Shown: piece by piece, positions 17,809 through 25,898 of the stretch
Layout: every line of letters starts with the position of its first letter
Position numbering within the stretch: the first letter of the stretch is position 1
NCBI GenBank assembly: GCA_039980135.1
Contig: JBDXCV010000014.1
Span: 1,013-65,012, forward strand
Source: Alphaproteobacteria bacterium
GTDB lineage: Bacteria; Pseudomonadota; Alphaproteobacteria; UBA6615
Reading direction: 5' to 3'
Length of the DNA stretch: 64,000 nucleotides
The notes under the pieces: model-generated
What the model saw: the letters and a program-made list of their open reading frames with translations, nothing else
Told to the model about the DNA's origin: nothing
The model's database searches: none
Made by a program: the position numbers and the translations under genes

Positions 17809-18165
17809 TCAGGAGTTCGATGACGCATCCTCCCCTGCGATGTGACCGCCCGTTTCGTCATGATCGAGTTTGGGGCGTATGCCCGCATGCAACGCCGCCT
17901 GCGCCAGCGCATGTGTTGCGACCGGTGTCGTCAGCAGGATAAGCGCGGCGATGATGATGAGCTTGGCCGCGACGAGCGTGAATCCGGCCTGCAAGATCAT
18001 CCCAACAATGAGAAACCCCATGCCCAGCGTGTCGACCACCGAAGCGCCATGAAGCCGCGTGAACATATCGGGCATCCGGATCAACCCGATCGTGCCGATC
18101 ACGCAGAAAACCCCGCCCGCAATCAAAAATGCCCAGCTCAGTATGTCGATGACCTGTTCCATCAC
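17809..18165 (-). CDS. mrpG: MrpG/MnhG subunit
   Basis: 118 aa; ILSWAFLIAGGVFCVIGTIGLIRMPDMFTRLHGASVVDTLG is the canonical MnhG/PhaG pattern. Confidence 0.9.
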   Translation of the reverse strand: MMEQVIDILSWAFLIAGGVFCVIGTIGLIRMPDMFTRLHGASVVDTLGMGFLIVGMILQAGFTLVAAKLIIIAALILLTTPVATHALAQAALHAGIRPKLDHDETGGHIAGEDASSNS

Positions 18166-18444
18166 CTATTCCTCGGGGGCTGCCGGAACAGCCGACTCGC
18201 TCAGCTTGAAGTAGCGCAGAACGGCGATCGTGCCGACGAGGTTCAGCAGCGTGTAGAGAATGGCGATATCGAGGAATTCCGGTCGCCCGGTCACGAAACC
18301 AATCAGAGCCAACGCCAGAACGGCAAGCGTGCCGATGGTGTTTCCCGCCAGAACACGATCAAACATTGTCGGGCCCAGCAGTGCCCGCGTCAGGGCCAGG
18401 CCAAGACTGACCAGCACGGCGACCATGGCGACGAAGTACATCAT
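18166..18444 (-). CDS. mrpF: MrpF/MnhF subunit
   Basis: 92 aa, 3 TM; LLGPTMFDRVLAGNTIGTLAVL...LLNLVGTIAVLRYF is typical of MrpF/PhaF. ATGA overlap with the mrpE stop. Confidence 0.9.
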   Translation of the reverse strand: MMYFVAMVAVLVSLGLALTRALLGPTMFDRVLAGNTIGTLAVLALALIGFVTGRPEFLDIAILYTLLNLVGTIAVLRYFKLSESAVPAAPEE

Positions 18445-18926
18445 TGCGCGCCTCTGCCGCCTTCAAACCGCGAAACTTTCCGGTCCATGCCGCCTTCGGC
18501 GACATCCTGCGCACCTTCGAGGGTAATCGCATGAACGGTGATTTCGTCGCCTTCGACCTCGACCGACACCGTCCCCGGCGTGAGCGTGATCGAGTTGGCG
18601 TAGGTCACCCGGCCGACGGCAGATTTCTGGCTCGCACGGACATTGATGAGGGTCGGACTGATCGGCAGGGACGGCGCCAGGATGATCTTCGAGACGTCGA
18701 TACCGGACTTCACGATCTGCCACAGCAGCCAGGGCCAGTACCAAATCGCCCGGCCGACGAGATCGATCGGGTGCCCCTCGCGGTCGACCACAGCCATGCG
18801 CGAGCCGAGCATCACGACGAGGACAGAGCACACGGCACCAATCACCATCAGCAACGGCGTGTAGTGACCGGACAGAACCAGCCAGAAAACATAGGTAATG
18901 ATGACTGCGCTTGCGAAGTACAGCAC
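18441..18926 (-). CDS. mrpE: MrpE/MnhE subunit
   Basis: MnhE pattern WLVLSG...VTYANSITLTPGTVSVEV...ITVHAI. The GTG at 18926 has a GAGGGG 6 nt upstream; the track start at 18971 is the alternative. Confidence 0.85.
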   Translation of the reverse strand: MLYFASAVIITYVFWLVLSGHYTPLLMVIGAVCSVLVVMLGSRMAVVDREGHPIDLVGRAIWYWPWLLWQIVKSGIDVSKIILAPSLPISPTLINVRASQKSAVGRVTYANSITLTPGTVSVEVEGDEITVHAITLEGAQDVAEGGMDRKVSRFEGGRGAQ

Positions 18927-19015
18927 CTGACGCCCCTCAAACCTCCTGCAGAAGCACCCGGTGCTTCGCACCAGACAGGATCGGGTTACCCCCCGACTCC
19001 TGCGACAACCTCCCC

Positions 19016-19116
19016 TGTGACAGCGGTAATACTATTATGGTCTTGGCCGTGCAAGACACAAGCCGGAGTTCCAATCCGGGCATGCGCAAAATACCTGTCA
19101 GACGATTGTGACAGCG
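19016..19116 (-). promoter_or_regulatory. Candidate control region upstream of the Mrp-like operon (two copies of TGTGACAGCG plus the inverted repeat CTGTCA-N8-TGACAG)
   Basis: The exact 10-mer TGTGACAGCG occurs at 19016-19025 and 19107-19116. The second copy overlaps the dyad CTGTCA (19095-19100) / TGACAG (19109-19114). The region lies 90-190 nt upstream of the mrpE start. Confidence 0.3.
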
Positions 19117-19127
19117 CAAAACGCCGA

Positions 19128-19154
19128 ACGGGACGACCCCTTAGATCGTCCCGT
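19128..19154 (-). terminator. Hairpin downstream of the TRAP binding-protein gene (possible intrinsic terminator)
   Basis: ACGGGACGA (19128-19136) pairs with TCGTCCCGT (19146-19154). On the minus strand the hairpin is followed by TTCGGCGTTTTGCG. Confidence 0.45.
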
Positions 19155-19180
19155 CCAATCAATGCGATGCGGTAGCCTTG

Positions 19181-20266
19181 CTACTTGATTTCGTAGACGT
19201 AGACCGGTTTGGCTCCCTTTTCTTGGGACAGTTCGATCAGGCGACGGAACACCGCCTTACCAGGAACACCCTTGGCTTCAAATTCCCCGGCCTTGATGTT
19301 CACCCATGGCTCAATGGCACGCGCCATCTTGCCGCGCTCACCAGCATCAAGATCGCGCACAGTCACACCCTGCGCACTCAAATTTGCGAGCGCATTTGAG
19401 AACTTGGTAACAGATTCATCAATTACCGCTTGTTCGTAGACGGCCATCTCTTCCTTGATGATCGTCTTGACGTTGTCCGGCAGTCTCGCCCATGTCGTCT
19501 TATTGACCGAGACGGGAGAAGCGAGCACCGACCCCCAACCGACTGTGGTGAAATTCCGCCCCACTTCGCCAAGTTTGGCAGCCGCGTAGGTGCCCGGAAA
19601 CAGCACGATGCCATTGTACACGCCCGATTGCAGAGCGTTATAGGCCTCGCTCAGATTGGTCTGGACCTTCGCCGTACCGGCATAGTCAAGCCAAGGCAGA
19701 TTTGGGCCCGCTCCGCCGATTTTCACACCCTTGAGTTCCTGCATTTTTGTCCAGGGAAACTTCGTGCCCAATCCATAGTCGTCCCACGGACCGCCACCCA
19801 GATAGATCTGGTCGAAATCATCAAATGCTTTGTTGAAGAAGTCATACTCGTCCTGCACCTGACGTGTCGCCGGGCCCATGATTCTTGGGTCCCCGGAAAG
19901 GAACGGAATGAAGTAATTGATATTGTGCACCAACAGTTTTGTTGGCTCAAAACACGCGCACGTCACGCCGAAATCGGCGATTCCCTTCTGAACTGTCTCG
20001 AGAGTTTCACCCGGCTTGTTGATCGTGCCACCATATCCTTCGATGAACTCGATTGTATGTTCGGTCTCAGCCGCCACCCGTTGGGCCACACGCGGCACAA
20101 ATGTCTTGTTCATCTGATTGACCGGCGAGAGCGGCGCAGCTGGAAGCCCCGCTGAAACCCGAAGCACGAAATTCTCTGCGTGGACAGTCGGTGTCCCGAT
20201 CACCATGCCCGCACTAAGCACCGCCGCAACAATTGCACCACGTAACAATGTATCTGTACTAGTCAT
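19181..20266 (-). CDS. TRAP-type (DctP-family) periplasmic solute-binding protein, no DctQM partner in the window
   Basis: Signal peptide (AAVLSAGMVIGTPTVHA) and a DctP-like fold, about 360 aa. The ATG at 20266 has a GGGAGGGG 5 nt upstream; the track start is 20308. Confidence 0.7.
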   Translation of the reverse strand: MTSTDTLLRGAIVAAVLSAGMVIGTPTVHAENFVLRVSAGLPAAPLSPVNQMNKTFVPRVAQRVAAETEHTIEFIEGYGGTINKPGETLETVQKGIADFGVTCACFEPTKLLVHNINYFIPFLSGDPRIMGPATRQVQDEYDFFNKAFDDFDQIYLGGGPWDDYGLGTKFPWTKMQELKGVKIGGAGPNLPWLDYAGTAKVQTNLSEAYNALQSGVYNGIVLFPGTYAAAKLGEVGRNFTTVGWGSVLASPVSVNKTTWARLPDNVKTIIKEEMAVYEQAVIDESVTKFSNALANLSAQGVTVRDLDAGERGKMARAIEPWVNIKAGEFEAKGVPGKAVFRRLIELSQEKGAKPVYVYEIK

Positions 20267-20378
20267 TAGCCCCTCCCGTTCGGTTGCCTTGAACAGCCGG
20301 ACACGCAAATTGATGCACTGAAGAACACGCAGCCGACCCGACCCGGAATGACCAAAAGCCAGTGCCCTCCGGGCGATC

Positions 20379-20396
20379 GACTATATAAATTGATAA
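20379..20396 (+). promoter_or_regulatory. Candidate LysR-type operator (GACTATATAAATTGATAA, contains the ATAA-N9-TTAT dyad)
   Basis: It sits in the divergent TRAP-SBP / LysR intergenic region. Fourteen of its 18 nt match 23861-23878 (differences at positions 11, 16, 17 and 18). The T-N11-A style dyad is ATAAATTGATAAATTAT. Confidence 0.4.
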
Positions 20397-20459
20397 ATTA
20401 TCAGCATAATGAAATAATATTATCGTAAACATGAAGTCATTTTATGTAAGTTCGGGCCT

Positions 20460-21365
20460 ATGAACCTTCGACAGCTTCGAACACTTGCCACGTTTCTCGA
20501 AAAGGGCAGCTTCGCTGCGGTCGGCGATGCGATCGGCCTCAGTCATTCAGCCATCAGCGTTCAGATGCAACGCCTCGAAGAAGAACTGGGCATCGAGCTC
20601 TTCGACCGCAGCACGCGGCCTCCATCGTTCACTTCCATCGGCATTGAAATTGCCGCGCAGGCGCAAAATGCATTGGAGGAGATCGAAAACATTCGCATGA
20701 TTGCGGGGGGCAAGAGGGTCGTTGGTTCCGTCTCGATCGGCTTCGTCCCCTCCACCCATCAAACATTGCTGCCGGTAGTGCTGAATGCGCTGCGCGAGGC
20801 GTATCCGCAACTCCGCGTGGTCGTAAAGTCCGGATTTTCTGGGGATCTGGCGGCATCCGTGATCCAGAGAGAACTCGATTTTGCGATCCTGACATCCGCC
20901 GTGACGGAACTCCACGATCTGGAAATCACCGAGATCGCTTCCGAAACCCTATACGCAATCGGACCTGCAAATCACAAAGGCATGGAACGTGATGCCGAAC
21001 TTCTGCGTTCGATGCCTTTCATATCCTTCAGCAAGGCCACATGGCTCGGCCAGCAAATCGCCACGAAACTCCAACAACGAGGCATCCTCGTGAATGAAGT
21101 GATGGATATCGAATCTGTCGACGTCATCGAGAAACTGGTCATTGAGGGATTTGGCGTTTCAGTCGTCCCGCAGCGCCTTCTTGCCGAGCCGCTGTCCGAA
21201 GAGCTTGTGCGCGTCCCGTTCTGCCAACCTGTCGCGACGCGAGAACTGGTATTGATCCGACACGCGCGCGGACGTGCATCGAGTCTCGAAGCTTCGGTCC
21301 GGGACGTATGCCTCAGCCTGGGCGCGATGGAAAACCGTGAGATACCCGCATCACCCGACACGTAG
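20460..21365 (+). CDS. LysR-family transcriptional regulator
   Basis: N-terminal wHTH MNLRQLRTLATFLEKGSFAAVGDAIGLSHSAISVQMQRLEEELGIELFDR plus a LysR substrate-binding domain; 301 aa. Confidence 0.9.
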   Translation: MNLRQLRTLATFLEKGSFAAVGDAIGLSHSAISVQMQRLEEELGIELFDRSTRPPSFTSIGIEIAAQAQNALEEIENIRMIAGGKRVVGSVSIGFVPSTHQTLLPVVLNALREAYPQLRVVVKSGFSGDLAASVIQRELDFAILTSAVTELHDLEITEIASETLYAIGPANHKGMERDAELLRSMPFISFSKATWLGQQIATKLQQRGILVNEVMDIESVDVIEKLVIEGFGVSVVPQRLLAEPLSEELVRVPFCQPVATRELVLIRHARGRASSLEASVRDVCLSLGAMENREIPASPDT

Positions 21366-21380
21366 TACATACGCGGCTGG

Positions 21381-22592
21381 TCACTCAGCGGCGAGTTGCT
21401 CCAGCTTTTCATACCCGTCGCGGGTTTGCGGGGTCTTGATCCCGAGAATCGCGCCGGCTACCTGCGTTCGCAGAATTTCTGCAGTGCCGCCGCCGATCGT
21501 GAACATCCGCGCGTCGCGCACCATGCGCTCCAGAGGGCGATTGCGCGAATATCCTGCCGCACCATGAATCTGCAACGCCTCATTGGTAACCTTGATCGCC
21601 GTTTCAGATGCCAAAATCTTGGCCTGGGCGGCCTCACGCATATCTGGGAATCCGGAACCGCCACCGGCGGCGGCCTTGTGGATGAGCGCCCGCGCGGACT
21701 CTAGACCGATGGACATGTCCGCAACCTTCCATTGCAGTCCCTGAAACTCCGCGATCGGTCGACCGAACTGGATCCGCTCGCCCATATACGCCACGGCGTG
21801 CTCATAGGCACCCTGCGCAATTCCGAGGGCTACAGTTGCCGCCCCCACACGTTGACCATTGTACGCGTTCATCAGGCCAGCAAAACCCCGCTTGAGGCCC
21901 TCCGGCGGAATGAGAGCCATCTCGACGGGAACGTCCAAATTCTCGAAAATGACCTCTGTTTCAGGAATCCCCCGAAGCCCCATGGCAGGTTCGCGCGCGC
22001 CAATTCGCAAGCCCTTCGATTCGCCGCGGACCGCGATAAATCCAGCAATGCCAAGTGGCGCCCCATCCTCGATAACGCGCGCGAAGATCAGATGGAACTT
22101 CGAAACACCGCCGCCGGTGATCCAGTGTTTCTTGCCATTGAGGATGTAGCGATTACCCTTTTTAACGGCGGTTGTGGTCATCTCCGTCGCGGCGCTTCCA
22201 GCCACTGGCTCGGTGATGCAGATCGCAGGCTTGTCGCCGGCGAGAACCAGCTTGGCGGCGAGTTGTTTCTGGACCTCGGTCCCAAATTTCATGACGGCGC
22301 CAATTGCCCCCATATTGGCTTCCACCACGATGCGCCCAGTCACCCCACAGACTCGAGACATTTCTTCGATAACAAGGACAGCGTCCAGATACGAGAGACC
22401 GCGCCCACCGTATGCTTCGGGAATGGTCATGCCCATGAAGCCCGCAGCCGTCAGTTTCTCGACGTTCCCCCATGGATAAGCTTCCGTGAGGTCCACCTCG
22501 GCCGCCATTGGCGCGATTTCCGCCTCTGCCAGCTCTCGTGCCGATAGCCGAAGTTCTTCCTGTCGATCGCTCAGCGCGTTCATCTGCACCAC
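21381..22592 (-). CDS. Acyl-CoA dehydrogenase
   Basis: 403 aa with a full ACAD N/M/C architecture. The C-terminal region carries IGGGTAEILRTQVAG. Confidence 0.9.
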   Translation of the reverse strand: MVQMNALSDRQEELRLSARELAEAEIAPMAAEVDLTEAYPWGNVEKLTAAGFMGMTIPEAYGGRGLSYLDAVLVIEEMSRVCGVTGRIVVEANMGAIGAVMKFGTEVQKQLAAKLVLAGDKPAICITEPVAGSAATEMTTTAVKKGNRYILNGKKHWITGGGVSKFHLIFARVIEDGAPLGIAGFIAVRGESKGLRIGAREPAMGLRGIPETEVIFENLDVPVEMALIPPEGLKRGFAGLMNAYNGQRVGAATVALGIAQGAYEHAVAYMGERIQFGRPIAEFQGLQWKVADMSIGLESARALIHKAAAGGGSGFPDMREAAQAKILASETAIKVTNEALQIHGAAGYSRNRPLERMVRDARMFTIGGGTAEILRTQVAGAILGIKTPQTRDGYEKLEQLAAE

Positions 22593-23819
22593 CTATGGAT
22601 TTGCGTATTTATTCTGATCATCGAGACACTCTTGCAAGATTTCGTCGGTGTGCTCGCCGCAATATGGCGGGCCAAGTCGGTATGCTACGGGCGTCCGGCT
22701 GAACTTGACAGGGTTGCCGATGAGGTCCACATGGCCCGACGCTGCAAGCGAATGCGGCATCTGTACTCGCATATCCCGGGCACTAACCTGCTCGCTTTCA
22801 AAAACTTCAGGCACCGCGTTAATCGCACCCCCTGGAATACCGAACTCCTCCAGACGCTCCACCAACCAGGAACGTTCCAGCGGTGCGATTAGCCGGCTCA
22901 GTACCGGCACCAAAACCTCACGGTTCATCACTCGTGCGGAATTTGTCTGAAATCTCGGATCGTTGGCCAAATCGGGACGCGCAAGCATCTGGCAAAGCCG
23001 CCGAAACTGTTCGTCATTACCAGCTGCGACCACGACGTGACCGTCGTGAGCACGGAAGACCTGGTATGGGACGATGTTGGGATGCTGGTTGCCGCGACGC
23101 GCCGGCGCTTCACCGGATACGAGGAAGTTCGTCCCCTCGTTGATGAGCCATGAAATCTGGGTGTCGATCAGCGCGATATCGATATGCTGACCCTCGCCCG
23201 TGGTGGCGCGGTGTTGTGCGGCCGCCAAGATCGCAGTCACAGCGTACAACCCACACACGACATCGGCGATTCCAACTGCGACTTTCATGGGTTGGCCGTC
23301 CGGCTCACCGGTCAGGCTCATGATTCCGCCAAATGCCTGCGCAAGCAGGTCATAGCCCGGTCGATGAGCGTTTGGGCCCGTTTGCCCGAAACCAGTAATA
23401 GAGCAATAAATCAGGCTCGGATTTTCGGCCGATAATGTGTCGTAGCCCAGCCCGTACTTTTCCAGACCACCAACCTTGAAATTCTCAATAAACACGTCGG
23501 AACTACGCACTAGTTGCCGCACCGTCGCGGCCCCTTCCGGATCTGATATGTCAATCGCAATTGATCGTTTATTCCGGTTGGCCGCGAGGTAGTAGGCACT
23601 TTCGTCCGTGGCTTTTCCGTCTTTTCCGACGACGTAGGGTGGTCCCCACGATCGCGTATCGTCACCGCCACCCGCGCGTTCGACCTTAATGACATCCGCG
23701 CCATAATCGCCGAGCAGTTGGGTGCAAAACGGACCGGCGAGGATTCGCGACATATCAAGAATCCGCATACCTGCAAGAGGACCTGCGGCCTCGTGCGAAG
23801 ACTCAGTTTTAGAATCCAT
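22593..23819 (-). CDS. Family III CoA-transferase (CaiB/BaiF/Frc type)
   Basis: The N-terminus LAGMRILDMSRILAGPFCTQLLGDYGADVIKVE is the canonical family III signature; 408 aa. The gene abuts the ACAD gene with no gap. Confidence 0.9.
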   Translation of the reverse strand: MDSKTESSHEAAGPLAGMRILDMSRILAGPFCTQLLGDYGADVIKVERAGGGDDTRSWGPPYVVGKDGKATDESAYYLAANRNKRSIAIDISDPEGAATVRQLVRSSDVFIENFKVGGLEKYGLGYDTLSAENPSLIYCSITGFGQTGPNAHRPGYDLLAQAFGGIMSLTGEPDGQPMKVAVGIADVVCGLYAVTAILAAAQHRATTGEGQHIDIALIDTQISWLINEGTNFLVSGEAPARRGNQHPNIVPYQVFRAHDGHVVVAAGNDEQFRRLCQMLARPDLANDPRFQTNSARVMNREVLVPVLSRLIAPLERSWLVERLEEFGIPGGAINAVPEVFESEQVSARDMRVQMPHSLAASGHVDLIGNPVKFSRTPVAYRLGPPYCGEHTDEILQECLDDQNKYANP

Positions 23820-23860
23820 GACCCAGCATGACCGTGTTGTTGTTCGGCTGTCTCGCGCGG

Positions 23861-23878
23861 GACTATATAACTTGAGTA
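23861..23878 (+). promoter_or_regulatory. Second copy of the candidate operator (GACTATATAACTTGAGTA)
   Basis: It lies 42-59 nt upstream of the CoA-transferase start (23819, minus strand), in the same orientation and the same position relative to a minus-strand gene as the 20379-20396 copy. Confidence 0.35.
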
Positions 23879-24247
23879 TTTGTGACTTAAAGCGAAAACA
23901 AATAAGGCAACTGTTTAAAAATATTAATGTTTCTCACCGAATCCTCTGGCCCCTGAAACGAACGCACCGTCGATTGTATACTCCAACGGCGCAGTCGGGT
24001 GGCGTGGGACAGGCTTAATTCAGGACCAATATTTCACAATATTAATTAAACTTTTCCCCGAAATCATTTCAATTTAATTAGAAAGAGTAATGTTTTATCG
24101 TCGTATCCGAATTCAATGACGATGATAACGGAATGATATTCGCTGGCATTTGGTGTCATCACATCACGTAATGCCCTTCCTACAAGAGAGGTTATCGTAA
24201 CAATGTCTCACATTTCTCAATCCTTCCTGATTCGGGCCTGAATTCGC

Positions 24248-25852
24248 GTGGCGAGTGTTGCGCAGGTCATCGCGAAACGCCTTCACGAGGCAGGAGTGAG
24301 ACATGCTTTCGGCATTCCTGGCGGCGAAGTTCTCTCGCTCGTAGACGCTTTGGTCGAAATCGGAATTCGGTTCGTTTTGGTTAAACACGAGAACTGTGGT
24401 GGGTTCATGGCGGAAGGGGTGCACCACAGCAACGGGGCGCCAGCACTGCTGGTTACGACTGTGGGACCTGGATTGGCGAATGCCGTAAATGTGGTGGCCA
24501 ATGCACAGCAGGACCGTGTTCCCCTAATTCTTCTGACCGGCTGCATTGATCCGCCCGCAGCACATACCTACACGCATCAATGGCTCGACCAGAATGCGCT
24601 TCTCAAGCCTATCACCAAGGCAAGTTTCGTCGCGGACGCAGACTCCATCCACGTGGTTGTCGATAAAGCTCTTGCTATCGCGCTCGACGATCCTCCCGGA
24701 CCCGTGCATATCGACGTGCCCGTGAGTGTAGGAAACAGCGATGCACCAAAGCGCGAACCAGTAAGGCGATCGCGACCCGTGCGTGGCGCCGCTTATGGTG
24801 GGCCTCTCGACGTCGCAAGAGAGTGGCTTGACGCGGCAAAACGGCCGGTCGTGATCTCGGGGATTGAGGCGATCAACAACGGAGCTGCGGCCGACATCCA
24901 GAAGTTCATCCGGCAGTTCAATATACCGTTAATCACCACCTACAAGGCGAAGGGCATCCTTCCGGAGGATGATCCACTTGCGCTTGGTGGCGCCGGGTTG
25001 TCGCCGGTCGCCGATGCGATACTTCTGCCGATCGTCAACGCCAGCGACTGCGTCATTCTTGCCGGATACGACCCGATTGAAATGCGTGGCGGATGGCGCG
25101 ACCCATGGTCAACTGACGCACACGTGATTGAATTGAGTGCAGTTCCCAATACGCACTACGTACATCGCGCACGCCTCAGCCTTCTCGGCGATGTCGGTGG
25201 TAGTTTGCGGGCACTTGGTCGCGGGTTGGCTGGAAATTCCACTTGGAATACCGATGACATTGAGGAGCACCGCAATGCTCTCCGGGCCGTATTCCGCCCA
25301 GATGAAGATTGGGGGCCCGCCGCAATCGTCGATACCGCGCGTCGCGTCTTGCCGCGAGAAACGATCGCCACCGTTGATTCCGGTGCGCACCGGATATTGC
25401 TGAGTCAGGTCTGGGAAGCGTACGGGCCGCGCGAACTCCTCCAGTCGAATGGTTTCTGCACGATGGGATGCGCCCTTCCTCTTGCGATGGGTGCAAAAAT
25501 TGCCGACCCAAATCGCCCTGTAGTAGCGTTCACCGGAGATGGGGGACTCGATATGGTCTTGGGTGAACTGACTACAGCGCGGGACATGGAACTACCTGTC
25601 ATCGTTATTGTCTTCGCCGACCGCTCCCTCGCGCTCATAGAGATGAAACAGCGTGGGACCGGATATCAAAACGCTGCCGTCGATTTTCCCCCAACCGACT
25701 ACACCGTGCTGGCGCGCGCGCTTGGCGGCGATGGCTACAATTGTCGCAACCGGGATGATCTCGAATCTGCGCTCAACCAAGCGCTACAGACCAAGCATTT
25801 CAGCATCGTGGCTTGCGAGTTTCCGCGGGCGGCATACGACGGACGAATCTAG
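24248..25852 (+). CDS. Thiamine-diphosphate-dependent enzyme (acetolactate synthase / oxalyl-CoA decarboxylase superfamily)
   Basis: N-terminal Pyr domain (HAFGIPGGEVLSLVDAL), a central domain, and the C-terminal PP motif FTGDGGLDMVLGELTTA; 534 aa, GTG start. Confidence 0.85.
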   Translation: MASVAQVIAKRLHEAGVRHAFGIPGGEVLSLVDALVEIGIRFVLVKHENCGGFMAEGVHHSNGAPALLVTTVGPGLANAVNVVANAQQDRVPLILLTGCIDPPAAHTYTHQWLDQNALLKPITKASFVADADSIHVVVDKALAIALDDPPGPVHIDVPVSVGNSDAPKREPVRRSRPVRGAAYGGPLDVAREWLDAAKRPVVISGIEAINNGAAADIQKFIRQFNIPLITTYKAKGILPEDDPLALGGAGLSPVADAILLPIVNASDCVILAGYDPIEMRGGWRDPWSTDAHVIELSAVPNTHYVHRARLSLLGDVGGSLRALGRGLAGNSTWNTDDIEEHRNALRAVFRPDEDWGPAAIVDTARRVLPRETIATVDSGAHRILLSQVWEAYGPRELLQSNGFCTMGCALPLAMGAKIADPNRPVVAFTGDGGLDMVLGELTTARDMELPVIVIVFADRSLALIEMKQRGTGYQNAAVDFPPTDYTVLARALGGDGYNCRNRDDLESALNQALQTKHFSIVACEFPRAAYDGRI

Positions 25853-25898
25853 TGGATCGGCGTTTCATGCCGGGGCCCCGCGACGGAAGGAAAATCCC

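Noticed and set aside
23722-24427. ORFs 23722..24018 (+) and 24164..24427 (-) in the AT-rich intergenic region
   Set aside because: They have no SD and odd composition. One overlaps the 5' end of the ThDP gene and the other the CoA-transferase start. They are best explained as chance ORFs.
25653-25898. N-terminal extension of the ACAD-like ORF overlapping the ThDP-enzyme gene
   Set aside because: The ATG at 25899 has a GGAAGGA SD and follows the upstream stop at 25852. The extension has no ACAD similarity.
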